Program-made: the position numbers and the translations under genes
NCBI GenBank assembly: GCA_965655095.1
Contig: OZ296652.1
Span: forward strand, 372,001 to 436,000
From: Haplodiscus bocki
Lineage: Eukaryota
Length of the DNA: 64,000 bases
Direction: 5' to 3'
The notes under the pieces: generated by a model
The model's database searches: none
What the model was told of the DNA's origin: nothing
Seen by the model: only the letters and a program-made list of their open reading frames with translations
In this document: one piece after another, positions 1 through 12,262 of the stretch
Position numbering within the stretch: position 1 is the first letter of the stretch
Layout of the letters: every line of letters begins with the position of its first letter

Positions 1-1349
1 ATGATTTTCACAAACGGCAAAAGGCGAAAAGAAATCACGATACTATAGAGCTTCAAGAATGGGACACTGAATCTGAAATCTCAACTACAGAATCAAGCAT
101 GTTTTTGAATTAGAAGCCGCTGAAGACCCTCCGAATAATCCACCTTCTTGCAACAATAGTAGATTATATAGAAGTTTGTTGGCGTTTTTTTAATAAGCGT
201 AACTTTACACTGGACTACTACACAAAAGTTCAAACATTGCTTTTTTTCATAAACGTAAAGGTAGAAAGCTTTGTGTTTAGTTTAGTCGGAAGTTCAATCT
301 AAGAATGTTCTACCGAAAAACTCAGTTTCATACGGCGTGACCGCTGTTTGATAACAGCAAAGTAATTGAACATGAAATTGCAGGAGCAAAAAATGGAATT
401 TATTTGAAAGTGCGAAAGTCTGTAGGTATTAATAAACGCACCACCGCAGCTGCTACAGATAGGTGAAGCAAGATAACCACTCCTATTACTAGCAAAGAAT
501 TTGAAAACAGACATGGCCACAGTCTGCTGCTCTCGAACCACATTTTTGCTGCTTCCCGAAACGAAATCTGCTTTTCAGAGATACCCTTTTCAGAGCAATA
601 AATATGCACTGCGACCAAAAATTATCGAATCATAAACTATTTTGAATAGTCTTGAGATCGTTTTCCTGGGAATTTTTGTGTAACTTTTCAGTGTACAGCA
701 AGATTTTCAGTCATACAACCTTTCATTTTATTCGTAGACGAGAAGTTCTCTGAATATTTCGTTGAAATCAGAGCATGAACTTGAAGTTTTTCTGCTTACT
801 CTCCTGAATGGTACACTCCGTCAATTCTGCTGTTTCTGTCCGCAGCAGATTATGGCGGTGTCTGGTTCGCAAAGTTATGCTAAAAATGTTAACATTATCT
901 GGAAGAGTTAGTTGATCCCCACTACCATAAAATTCAGTCACACTACATCCATTGATCGATTTTCGATCGATTCAGCCAGGAGCTCACTTGCAATGCTTTG
1001 TCAGAAAATTGTACAGCGTACCAGAATGGACGATAAAATCTCTGGGCTTCTAATTCCAGTGGTGGTCTACAATTCACCATTGTAATGAATAGTCTGATAC
1101 TACTTTTCAAAAACTTCACGAAACATTCCTTTTCCTTGCTATTTGTTGTTGGTAAAGCGTAAGTTCTGCATAGACACGGTAGCAAACAAAGTTTTGGCTC
1201 ATCCTTGCAATTCTCTCTAAAACTATGTGCAAGAATGTGATAAAAATTAACTTGATAAAGATTAATAGAGATGCCATAAGAAAGCTTACAGCGAACAAGA
1301 AGGATTGACAAAGAATGTGAAAAAGATACCGAAAGAAAGTTTGAGGAGA

Positions 1350-2540
1350 AAAAACCATGTACCGAACAGTAACCCCTCACAAAAGCAAACACTTGGCTTT
1401 TTTATCAATGCCAAGAACTTGCATAGGAAATAATCGAGAGTTTCTCTCTTTCATTGAAAAGCTTTGTCTGGAAAGAGTAAAGGAAGTTGATTTGCCAGAA
1501 GACTTCAGCACACCAGATGACTCTCACAATGGTTATCCAGATTTTCCTATGGCGCCGACTAAGGAACCAATTGATAATTACTGGCTACGGGAGATTCAGA
1601 CTGATAATCTGGGAATGACAGCAACAAAGACAACTTGAACAAACAGCAAAAAAAATTGGTAAACACTTCATAAAAAAAACCAACTACACAAAGCATTACC
1701 TGACAGTGACAAAAACGGTGAATTGGATTCAAAAAGTACCGAAACGCAGAGATTACTGCAATTTGAAAAGTGACAATGACTCCGAAAGTATATAGAACTA
1801 AACAAAAAGAAAAGCATTAGCAAAAAATTTGACAACTTCTATGATTATGATTAACTCAACCTTCGGCAAAAACATGAAAATCAAATGGATGAGATTATCG
1901 ATTGAGATTCTCCGCACGAAAGATCAGTTGTTAGCTTAAACAAAGAAAAAGTGGATCGAAACGAAAAAGATTATGAACAATCAAGTGGCCTCAAAAACGT
2001 CTGCACTGCGGAAAATCTATTGGGACACCGAATTTGTTGATGCCACAAACATGGAATATTGTTGGAACTCAATATGTATTGATTGCACTAAAAACATAAA
2101 GAACCAAGCTTCAAAACCATGAATAGGACGGCTTGCAAGAAGGCCTCAAAAAATGATTGAACTTGAACAAAAATTTGATTGTCCAAACTATCATCAACTG
2201 TACTCTAAACACCAAAACTTGGAAACACAAATTCAAAAACGAAATGCGCGGAAAAATCATTCAGAGTATCATTGCTCCAGAGACAAAGTTATATTCTACT
2301 TCTACGAAAGACGAAGCGGAAAATCTCCGCAAAAGGAACCACCAAGTATGCTCGGAGAGTCTACCAACATTCGGTTCCTTTTCCGAATTGTTGCAAAGGC
2401 AAAGAAATCTTGAAAACCTTCAACAACACAATAAATTCAATGGAACAATCTATTAGCTTTGCACACATCCAATAATTCTTTCATTTGTCCAAAGATACAC
2501 AATGTCCAATGGTGTGCTACAAAACCCTATTGGACATTAT
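1350..2540 (+). pseudogene. Decayed protein-primed-type family-B DNA polymerase fragment (Polinton/Maverick/adintovirus-like pPolB), copy 1
   Basis: Colinear motifs across frameshifts and stops: LGFFINAKNLH 1392-1424 (motif A, xDxNNLY); IIESFSLSLKSFVW 1430-1471 (M..LP..F.W); TPDDSHNGY-DFPMAPTKEPIDNYWL 1510-1587; KKLVNT..NYTKHYLT ~1650-1705; RLLQFEK*Q*LRKYIELN 1750-1803 (RVLxFxQxxWLxxYIxxN); xIMINSTFGKNM 1841-1876 (motif B, KLMxNSxFGKTME); RKIYWD 2009-2026; MY*LH*KHKEPSF 2074-2112; FDCPNYHQLYS 2174-2206; KFKNEMxGKII..KLYS 2229-2297; KISAKG 2320-2337; RYTMSNGVLQNPIGHY 2493-2540. Motif C YxDTDS is absent. Confidence 0.88.
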
Positions 2541-2641
2541 TGCTTCCCTGCAAGACAATGTAATATTCCAACAAACTATCGCAGACGTTGAATGGAAAGA
2601 AGAGGAAGAGGACAACGCTATTCAGAGTAATCAATAGCTTT

Positions 2642-2686
2642 TGTCAACACATATAATCAAATGGTCAAGAACTCTCTGTGTTGACA
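2642..2686. repeat. Perfect 10-bp inverted repeat (TGTCAACACA ... TGTGTTGACA) with a 25-nt loop, present in every unit
   Basis: Arms at 2642-2651 and 2677-2686 are exact reverse complements; seen at the equivalent position of all 18 full units. Confidence 0.9.
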
Positions 2687-4046
2687 CCCCCGATCATGAT
2701 TTTCACAAACGGCAAAAGCCGAAAACAAATCACGATATTATAGAGCTTCAAGAATGGGACACTGAATCTGAAATCTCAACTACAGAATCAAGCATGTTTT
2801 TGAATTAGAAGCCGCTGAAGACCCTCCGAATAATCCACCTTCTTGCAACAATAGTAGATTATATAATAGTTTGTTGGCGTTTTTTTAATAAGCGTAACTT
2901 TACACTGGACTACTACACAAAACTTCAAACATTGCTTTTTTTTCATAAACGTAAAGGTAGAAAGCTTTGTGTTTAGTTTAGTCGGAAGTTCAATCTAAGA
3001 AAGTTCTACCGAATATCTCAGTTTCATACGGCGTGACCGCTGTTTGATAACAGCAAAGTAACTGAACATGAAATTGCAGGAGCAAAAAATGGAATTGATT
3101 TGAAAGTGCGAAAGTCTGTAGGTATTAATAAACGCACCACCGCAGCTGCAACAGATAGGTGAAGCAAGATAACCACTCCTATTACTAGCAAAGAAATTGA
3201 AAACAGACATTGCCACTGTCGGCTGCTCTCGAACCACAATTTTGCTGCTTCCCGAAACGAAATCTGCTTTTCAGAGATACCCTTTTCAGAGCAATAAATA
3301 TACACTGCGACCAAAAATTATCGAATCAAAAACTATTTTGAATAGTCTTGAGATCGTTTTCCTGGGAAATTTTGTGTAATTTTTCAGTGTAAAGCAAGAT
3401 TTTCAGTCATACAACCTTTCATTTTATTCGTAGACGAGAAGTTCTCTGATTATTTCGTTGAAATCAGAGCATGAACTTGAAGTTTTTCTGCTTACTCTCC
3501 TGAATGGTACACTCCGTCAATTCTGCTGTTTCTGTCCGCAGCAGATTATGGCGGTGTCTGGTTGGCAAAGTTATGCTAACAATGTTAACATTATCTGGAA
3601 GAGTTAGTTGATCCCCACTACTATAAAATTCAGTCACACTACATCCATTGATCGATTTTTGATCGATTCAGCCAGGAGCTCACTTGCAATTCTTTGTCAG
3701 AAAATTGTACAGCGTACCAGACTGGACGATAAAATCTCTGGGCTTCTAATTCCAGTGGTGGTCTACAATTCACCATTGTAATGAATAGTCTGATACTACT
3801 TTTCAAAAAATTTCACGAAACATTCCTTTTCCTTGCTATTTGTTGTTGGTAAAGCGTAAGTTCTGCATAGACACGGTAGCAAACAAAGTTTTGGCTCATC
3901 CTTCCAATTCTCTCAAAAACTCTGTGCAAGAATGTGATAAAAATAAACTTGATAAAGATTAATAAAGATGCCATAAGAAAGCTTGCAGCGAACAAGAAGG
4001 ATTGACAAAGAATGTGAAAAAGATACCGAAAGAAAGTTTGAGGAGA

Positions 4047-5280
4047 AAAAACCATGTACCGAACAGTAACCCCTCAGAAATGCAAACACTTGGCTTTTTT
4101 ATCAATGCCAAGAACTTGCATAGGAAATAATCGAGAGTCTCTCTTTCATTGAAAAGCTTTGTCTGGAAAGAGTAAAGGAAGTTGATTTGCCAGAAGACTT
4201 CAGCACACCAGATGACTCTCACAATGGTTATCCAGATTTTCGTATGGCGCCGACTAAGGAACCAATTGATAATTACTGGCTAGGGGAGATTCAGACTGAT
4301 ATGCTGGGAATGGCAGCAACAAAGACAACTTGAACAAACAGCAAAAAAAATTGGTAAACACTTCATCAAAAAAACCAACTACACAAAGCATTACCTGACA
4401 GTGACAAAAACGGTGAATTGGATTCAAAAAGTACCGAAATGCAGAGATTACTGTAATTTGAAAAGTGAAAATGACTCCGAAAGTATATAGAACTAAACAA
4501 AAAGAAAAGCATCAGCAAAAAAATCGACAACTTCTAAGATTATGATTAACTCAACCTTCGGCAAAAACATGGAAATCAAATGGATGAGATTATCGATTGA
4601 GATTCTCCGCACGAAAGATCAGTTGTTAGCTTAAACAAAGAAAAAGTGGATCGAAACGAAAAAGATTATGACCAATCAAAAGGCCTCAAAAACGTTGCAC
4701 TGCGGAAAATCTATTGGGACACCGAATTTGTTGATGCCACAAACATGGAATATTGTTGGAACTCAATATGTATTGATTGCACTAAAAACATAAAGAACCA
4801 AGCTTCAAAACTATGAATAGGACGGCTTGCAAGAAGGCCTCAAAAACATGATACACTTGAACAAAAATTTGATTGTCCAAACTATCATCAACTGTACTCT
4901 AAACACCAAAACTTGGAAACACAAATTCAAAAACGAAATGCGCGGAAAAATCATTCAGAGTATCATTGCTCCAGAGACAAAGTTATATTCTACTTCTACG
5001 AAAGACGAAGCGGATAATCTCCGCAAAAGGAACCACCAAGTATGCTCGGAGAGTCTACCAACATTCGGTTCTTTTTCCGAATTGTTGCAAAGGCAAAGAA
5101 ATCCCAACATTCGGTTCTTTTGCCGAATTGTTGCAAAGGCAAAGAAATCTTGAAAACCTTCAACAACACAATAAATTCAATGGAGCAATCTATTAGCTTT
5201 GCACTCATCCAATAAGTCTTTCAATTGTCCAAAGATACACAATGTCCAATGGTGTGCTACAAAAGCCTATTGGACATTAT
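4047..5280 (+). pseudogene. pPolB pseudogene fragment, copy 2
   Basis: Near-identical to copy 1; motif B reads KIMINSTFGKNME; carries the 46-bp internal duplication. Confidence 0.86.
5058..5149 (+). repeat. 46-bp direct tandem duplication containing a bulged hairpin (units 2-18; single copy in unit 1)
   Basis: CCAACATTCGGTTCTTTTTCCGAATTGTTGCAAAGGCAAAGAAATC starts at 5058 and again at 5104. Unit 1 has one copy (~2364-2409) and is 46 bp shorter than unit 2. Confidence 0.97.
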
Positions 5281-6784
5281 TGCTTCCCTGCAAGACAATG
5301 TAATATTCCAAAAAAACTATCGCAGACGTTGAATGGAGAGAAGAGGAAGAGGACAACGCTATTCAGAGTAATCAATAGCTTTTGTCAACACATATAATCA
5401 AATGGTCAAGAACTCTCTGTGTTGACACCCCCGATCATGATTTTCACAAACGGCAAAAGCCGAAAACAAATCACGATATTATAGAGCTTCAAGAATGGGA
5501 CACTGAATCTGAAATCTCAACTACAGAATCAATCATGTTTTTGAATTAGAAGCCGCTGAAGACCCTCCGAATAATCCACCTTCTTGCAACAATAGTAGAT
5601 TGTATAATAGTTTGTTGGCGTTTTTTTAACAAGCGTAACTTTACACTGGACTACTACACAAAACTTCAAACATTGCTTTTTTTCAAAAACGTAAAGGTAG
5701 AAAGCTTTGTGTTTAGTTTAGTCGGAAGTTCAATCTGAAAAATGTTCTACCGAAAATCTCAGTTTCTACGGCGTGACCGCTGTTTGATAACAGCAAAGTA
5801 ACTGAACATGAATTTGCAGGAGCAAAAAAAAATGGAATTTATTTGAAAGTGCGAAAGTCTGTAGGTATTCATAAACGCACCACCGCAGCTGCTACAGATA
5901 GGTCAAGCAAGATAACCACTCCTATTACTAGCAAAGAATTTGAAAACAGACATGGCCACAGTCTGCTGGTCTCGAACCACAATTTTGCTGCTTCCTGAAA
6001 CGGAATCTGCTTTTCAGAGATACCCTTCTCAGAGCAATAAATATGCACTGCGACCAAAAGTTATCGAATCATAAACTATTTTGAATAGTCTTGAGATCGT
6101 TTTCCTGGGAATTTTTGTGTAAATTTTCAGTGTACAGCAAGATTTTCAGTCATACAACCTTTCATTTTATTCGTAGACGAGAAGTTCTCTGACTATTTCG
6201 TTGAAATCAGAGCATGAACTTGAAGTTTTTCTGCTTATTCTCCTGAATGGTACACTCCGTCAATTCTGCTGTTTCTGTCCGCAGCAGATTATGGCGGTGT
6301 CTGGTTGGCAAAGTTATGCAAACAAGGTTAACATTATCTGGAAGAGTTAGTTGATCCCCACTACTATAAAATTCAGTCACACTACATCCATTGATCGATT
6401 TTTGATCGATTCAGCCAGGAGCTCACTTGCAATGCTTTGTCAGAAAATTGTACAGCGTACCAGACTGGAGGATAAAATCTCTGGGCTTCTAATCCCAGTG
6501 CTGGTCTACAATTCACCATTGTAATGAATAGTCAGATCGTACTTTTCAAAAATTTCACGAAACATTCCTTCTCCTTGCTATTTGTTGTTGGTAAAGCGTA
6601 AGTTCTGCATAGACACGGTAGCAAACAAAGTTTTGGCTCAACCTTGTAATTCTCTCAAAAACTATGTGCAAGAATGCGATAAAAATTAACTTGATAAAGA
6701 TTAATAAAGATGCCATAAGAAAGCTTGCAGCGAACAAGAAGGATTGACAAAGAATTTGAAAAAGATACCGAAAGTTTGAGGAGA

Positions 6785-8021
6785 AAAAACCATGTACCGA
6801 ACAGTAACCCCTCAGAAAAGCAAACACTTGGCTTTTTTATCAATGCCAAGAACTTGCATAGGAAATAATCGAGAGTTTCTCTCTTTCATTGAAAAGCTTT
6901 GTCTGGAAAGAGTAAAGGAAGTTGATTTGCCAGAAGACTTCAGCACACCAGATGACTCTCACAATGGTTATGCAGATTTTCCTATGGCGCCGACTAAGGA
7001 ACCAATTGATAATTACTGGCTAGGGGAGATTCAGATTGATATGCTGGGAATGACAGCAACAAAGACAACTTGAAAAAACAGCAAAAAAAATTGGTAAACA
7101 CTTTATCAAAAAAACCAACTACACAAAGCATTACCTGACAGTGACAAAAACAGTGAATTGGATTCGAAAAGTACCGAAACGCAGAGATTACTGCAATTTG
7201 AAAAGTGAAAATGACTCCGAAAGTATATAGAACTAAACAAAAAGAAAAGCATCAGCAAAAAATTCGACAACTTCTAAGATTATGATTAACTCAACCTTCG
7301 GCAAAAACATGGAAATCAAATGTATGAGATTATCGATTGAGATTCTCCGCACGAAAGATCAGTTGTTAGCTTAAACAAAGAAAAAGTGGATCGAAACGAA
7401 AAAGATTATGACCAATCAAGTGGCCTCAAAAACTTCTGCACTGCGGAAAATCTATTGGGACACCGAATTTGTTGATGCCACAAACATGGAATATTGTTGG
7501 AACTCAATATGTATTGATTGCACTAAAAACATAAAGAACCAAGCTTCAAAACTATGAATAGGACGGCTTGCAAGAAGGCCTCAAAAACACGATACACTTG
7601 AACAAAAATTTGATTGTCCAAACTATCATCAACTGTACTCTAAACACCAAAACTTGGAAACACAAATTCAAAAACGAAATGCGCGGAAAAATCATTCAGA
7701 GTATCATTGCTCCAGAGACAAAGTTATATTCTACTTCTACGAAAGACGAAGCGGAAAATCTCCGCAAAAGGAACCACCAAGTATGCTCGGAGAGTCTACC
7801 AACATTCGGTTCTTTTTCCGAATTGTTGCAAAGGCAAAGAAATCCCAACATTCGGTTCTTTTGCCGAATTGTTGCAAAGGCAAAGAAATCTTGAAAACCT
7901 TCAACAACACAATAAATTCAATGGAACAATCTATTAGCTTTGCACACATCCAATAATCCTTTCAATTGTCCAAAGATACACAATGTCCAATGGTGTGCTA
8001 CAAAACCCTATTGGACATTAT
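6785..8021 (+). pseudogene. pPolB pseudogene fragment, copy 3
   Basis: Tandem copy with the same motifs and lesions. Confidence 0.86.
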
Positions 8022-9522
8022 TGCTTCCCTGCAAGACAATGTAATATTCCAACAAACTATCGCAGACGTTGAATGGAAAGAAGAGGAAGAGGACAACGCT
8101 ATTCAGAGTAATCAATAGCTTTTGTCAACACATATAATCAAATGGTCAAGAACTCTCTGTGTTGACACCCCCGATCATGATTTTCACAAACGGCAAAAGC
8201 CGAAAACAAATCACGATATTATAGAGCTTCAAGAATGGGACACTGAATCTGAAATCTCAACTACAGAATCAAGCATGTTTTTGAATTAGAAGCCGCTGAA
8301 GACCCTCCGAATAATCCACCTTCTTGCAACAATAGTAGATTATATAATAGTTTGTTGGCGTTTTTTTAATAAGCGTAACTTTACACTGGACTACTACACA
8401 AAACTTCAAACATTGCTTTTTTTTCATAAACGTAAAGGTAGAAAGCTTTGTGTTTAGTTTAGTCGGAAGTTCAATCTAAGAATGTTCTACCGAATATCTC
8501 AGTTTCATACGGCGTGACCGCTGTTTGATAAGAGCAAAGTAACTGAACATGAAATTGCAGGAGCGAAAAATGGAATTGATTTGAAAGTGCGAAAGTCTGT
8601 AGGTATTAATAAACGCACCACCGCAGCTGCAACAGGTGAAGCAAGATAACCACTCCTATTACTAGCAAAGAATTTGAAAACAGACATTGCCACTGTCGGC
8701 TGCTCTCGAACCACAATTTTGCTGCTTCCCGAAACGAAATCTGCTTTTCAGAGATACCCTTTTCAGAGCAATAAATATACACTGCGACCAAAAATTATCG
8801 AATCAAAAACTATTTTGAAAAGTCTTGAGATCGTTTTCCTGGGAAATTTTGTGTAATTTTTCAGTGTAAAGCAAGATTTTCAGTCATACAACCTTTCATT
8901 TTATTCGTAGACGAGAAGTTCTCTGATTATTTCGTTGAAATCAGAGCATGAACTTGAAGTTTATCTGCTTACTCTCCTGAATGGTACACTCCGTCAATTC
9001 TGCTGTTTCTGTCCGCAGCAGAATATGGCGGTGTCTGGTTGGCAAAGTTATGCTAACAATGTTAACATTATCTGGAAGAGTTAGTTGATCCCCACTACTA
9101 TAAAATTCAGTCACACTACATCCATTGATCGATTTTTGATCGATTCAGCCAGGAGCTCACTTGGAATGCTTTGTCAGAAAATTGTACAGCGTACCAGACT
9201 GGAGGATAAAATCTCTGGGCTTCTAATCCCAGTGCTGGTCTACAATTCACCATTGTAATGAATACTCCGATCGTACTTTTCAAAAATTTCACGAAACATT
9301 CCTTCTCCTTGCTATTTGTTGTTGGTAAAGCGTAAGTTCTGCATAGACACGGTAGCAAACAAAATTTTGGCTCAACCTTGTAATTCTCTCAAAAACTATG
9401 TGCAAGAATGTGATAAAAATTAACTTGATAAAGATTAATAAAGATGCCATAAGAAAGCTTGCAGCGAACAAGAAGGATTGACAAAGAATGTGAAAAAGAA
9501 ACCGAAAGAAGGTTTGAGGAGA

Positions 9523-10756
9523 AAAAACCATGTACCGAACAGTAACCCCTCAGAAAAGCAAACACTTGGCTTTTTTATCAATGCCAAGAACTTGCATAGG
9601 AAATAATCGAGAGTTTCTCCCTTTCATTGAAAAGCTTTGTCTGGAAAGAGTATAGGAAGTTGATTTGCCAGAAGACTTCAGCACACCAGATGACTCTCAC
9701 AATGGTTATGCAGATTTTCCTATGGCGCCGACTAAGGAACCAATTGATAATTACTGGCTAGGGGAGATTCAGATTGATATGCTGGGAATGACAGCAACAA
9801 AGACAACTTGAACAAACAGCAAAAAAATTGGTAAACACTTTATCAAAAAAACCAACTACACAAAGCATTACCTGACAGTGACAAAAACGGTGAATTGGAT
9901 TCGAAAAGTACCGAAACGCAGAGATTACTGCAATTTGAAAAGTGAAAATGACTCCGAAAGTATATAGAACTAAACAAAAAGAAAAGCATTAGCAAAAAAT
10001 TCGACAACTTCTAAGATTATGATTAACTCAACCTTCGGCAAAAACATGAAAATCAAATGGATGAGATTATCGATTGAGATTCTCCGCACGAAAGATGTTG
10101 TTAGCTTAAACAAAGAAAAAGTGGATCGAAACGAGAAAGATTATGACCAATCAAGTGCCCTCGAAAACGTCTGCACTGCGGAAAATCTATTGGGACACCG
10201 AATTTGTTGATGCCACAAACATGGAATATTGTTGGAACTCAATATGTATTGATTGTACTAAAAACATAAAAAACCAAGCTTCAAAACCATGAATAGGACG
10301 GCTTGCAAGAAGGCCTCAAAAAATGATTGAACTTGAACAAAAATTTGATTGTCCAAACTATCATCAACTGTACTCTAAACACCAAAACTTGGAAACACAA
10401 ATTCAAAAACGAAATGGGCGGAAAAATCATTCAGAGTATCATTGCTCCAGAGACAAAGTTATATTCTACTTCTACGAAAGACGAAGCGGAAAATCTCCGC
10501 AAAAGGAACCACCAAGTATGCTCGGAGAGTCTACCAACATTCGGTTCCTTTTCCGAATTGTTGCAGAGGCAAAGAAATCCCAACATTCGGTTCTTTTGCC
10601 GAATTGTTGCAAAGGCAAAGAAATCTTGAAAACCTTCAACAACACAATAAATTCAATGGAACAATCTATTAGCTTTGCACACATCCAATAATTCTTTCAA
10701 TTGTCCAAAGATACACAATGTCCAATGGTGTGCTACAAAACCCTATTGGACATTAT
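9523..10756 (+). pseudogene. pPolB pseudogene fragment, copy 4
   Basis: Tandem copy; ORF track shows MINSTFGKNM at 10019 and KFKNEMGGKII in 10327..10629. Confidence 0.86.
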
Positions 10757-12262
10757 TGCTTCCCTGCAAGACAATGTAATATTCCAACAAACTATCGCAG
10801 ACGTTGAATGGAAAGAAGAGGAAGAGGACAACGCTATTCAGAGTAATCAATAGCTTTTGTCAACACATATAATCAAATGGTCAAGAACTCTCTGTGTTGA
10901 CACCCCCGATCATGATTTTCACAAACGGCAAAAGCCGAAAACAAATCACGATATTATAGAGCTTCAAGAATGGGACACTGAATCTGAAATCTCAACTACA
11001 GAATCAAGCATGTTTTTGAATTAGAAGCCGCTGAAGACCCTCCGAATAATCCACCTTCTTGCAACAATAGTAGATTATATAATAGTTTGTTGGCGTTTTT
11101 TTAATAAGCGTAACTTTACACTGGACTACTACACAAAACTTCAAACATTGCTTTTTTTCAAAAACGTGAAGGTAGAAAGCTTTGTGTTTAGTTTAGTCGG
11201 AAGTTCAATCTAAAAAATGTTCTACCGAATATCTCAGTTTCATACGGTGTGACCGCTGTTTGATAACAGCAAAGTAACTGAACATGAATTTGCAGGAGCA
11301 AAAAAATGGAATTTATTTGAAAGTGCGAAAGTCTGTAGGTATTAATAAACGCACCACCGCAGCTGCTACAGATAGGTGAAGCAAGATAACCACTCCTATT
11401 ACTAGCAAAGAATTTGAGAACAGATATGGCCACAGTCTGCTGCTCTCGAACCACAATTTTGCTGCTTCCTGAAACGGAATCTGCTTTTCAGAGATACCCT
11501 TTTCAGAGCAATAAATATGCACTGCGACCAAAAGTTATCGAATCATAAACTATTTTGAATAGTCTTGAGATCGTTTTCCTGGGAATTTTTGTGTAATTTT
11601 TCAGTGTACAGCAAGATTTTCAGTCATACAACCTTTCATTTTATTCGTAGACGAGAAGTTCTCTGATTATTTCGTTGAAATCAGAGCATGAACTTGAAAA
11701 TTTTCTGCTTACTCTCCTGCTTGGTACACTCCGTCAATTCTGCTGTTTCTGTCCGCAGCAGATTATGGCGGTGTCTGGTTGGCAAAGTTATGCAAACAAT
11801 GTTAACATTATCTGGAAGAGTTAGTTGATCCCCACTACTATAAAATTCAGTCACACTACATCCATTGATCGATTTTTGATCGATTCAGCCAGGAGCTCAC
11901 TTGCAATGCTTTGTCAGAAAATTGTACAGCGTACCAGACTGGAGGATAAAATCTCTGGGCTTCTAATCCCAGTGCTGGTCTACAATTCACCATTGTAATG
12001 AATAGTCCGATCGTACTTTTCGAAAATTTCACGAAACATTCCTTCTCCTTGCTATTTGTTGTTGGTAAAGCGTAAGTTCTGCATAGACACGGTAGCAAAC
12101 AAAATTTTGGCTCAACCTTGTAATTCTCTCAAAAACTATGTGCAAGAATGTGATAAAAATTAACTTGATGAAGATTAATAAAGATGCCATAAGAAAGCTT
12201 GCAGCGAACAAGAAGGATTGACAAAGAATGTGAAAAAGATACCGAAAGAAAGTTTGAGGAGA

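Noticed and set aside
1357-1638. Recurrent 93-aa ORF (and the 80-, 100- and 122-aa ORFs) as functional multicopy genes
   Set aside because: They are frame-chimeric pieces of the pPolB pseudogene or antisense shadows. The 93-aa ORF is broken in units 2, 4 and 5, and recurrence merely reflects DNA identity.
1771-1803. TGA at an expected Trp position suggesting an alternative genetic code (mitochondrial plasmid polymerase)
   Set aside because: TGG is used for Trp nearby, TAA stops and many frameshifts also occur, and motif C is deleted; TGG>TGA decay explains it.
2642-2690. TTGACA and TATAAT hexamers as a bacterial sigma70 promoter
   Set aside because: Wrong order and spacing; they are parts of the inverted repeat, and the DNA is eukaryotic.
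1-2695. Monomer as a tandem RNA-gene unit (5S rRNA, snRNA, spliced leader, tRNA) or histone repeat
   Set aside because: No recognisable RNA or histone sequence. The Sm-like AATTTTTG (~671) and the SL1-like AAGTTTGAG (~1337) are short chance matches without supporting context.
5058-5149. Palindromic 46-bp direct repeats as a CRISPR array
   Set aside because: Only two abutting copies per unit, no unique spacers, no cas genes, and a eukaryotic retroelement context.
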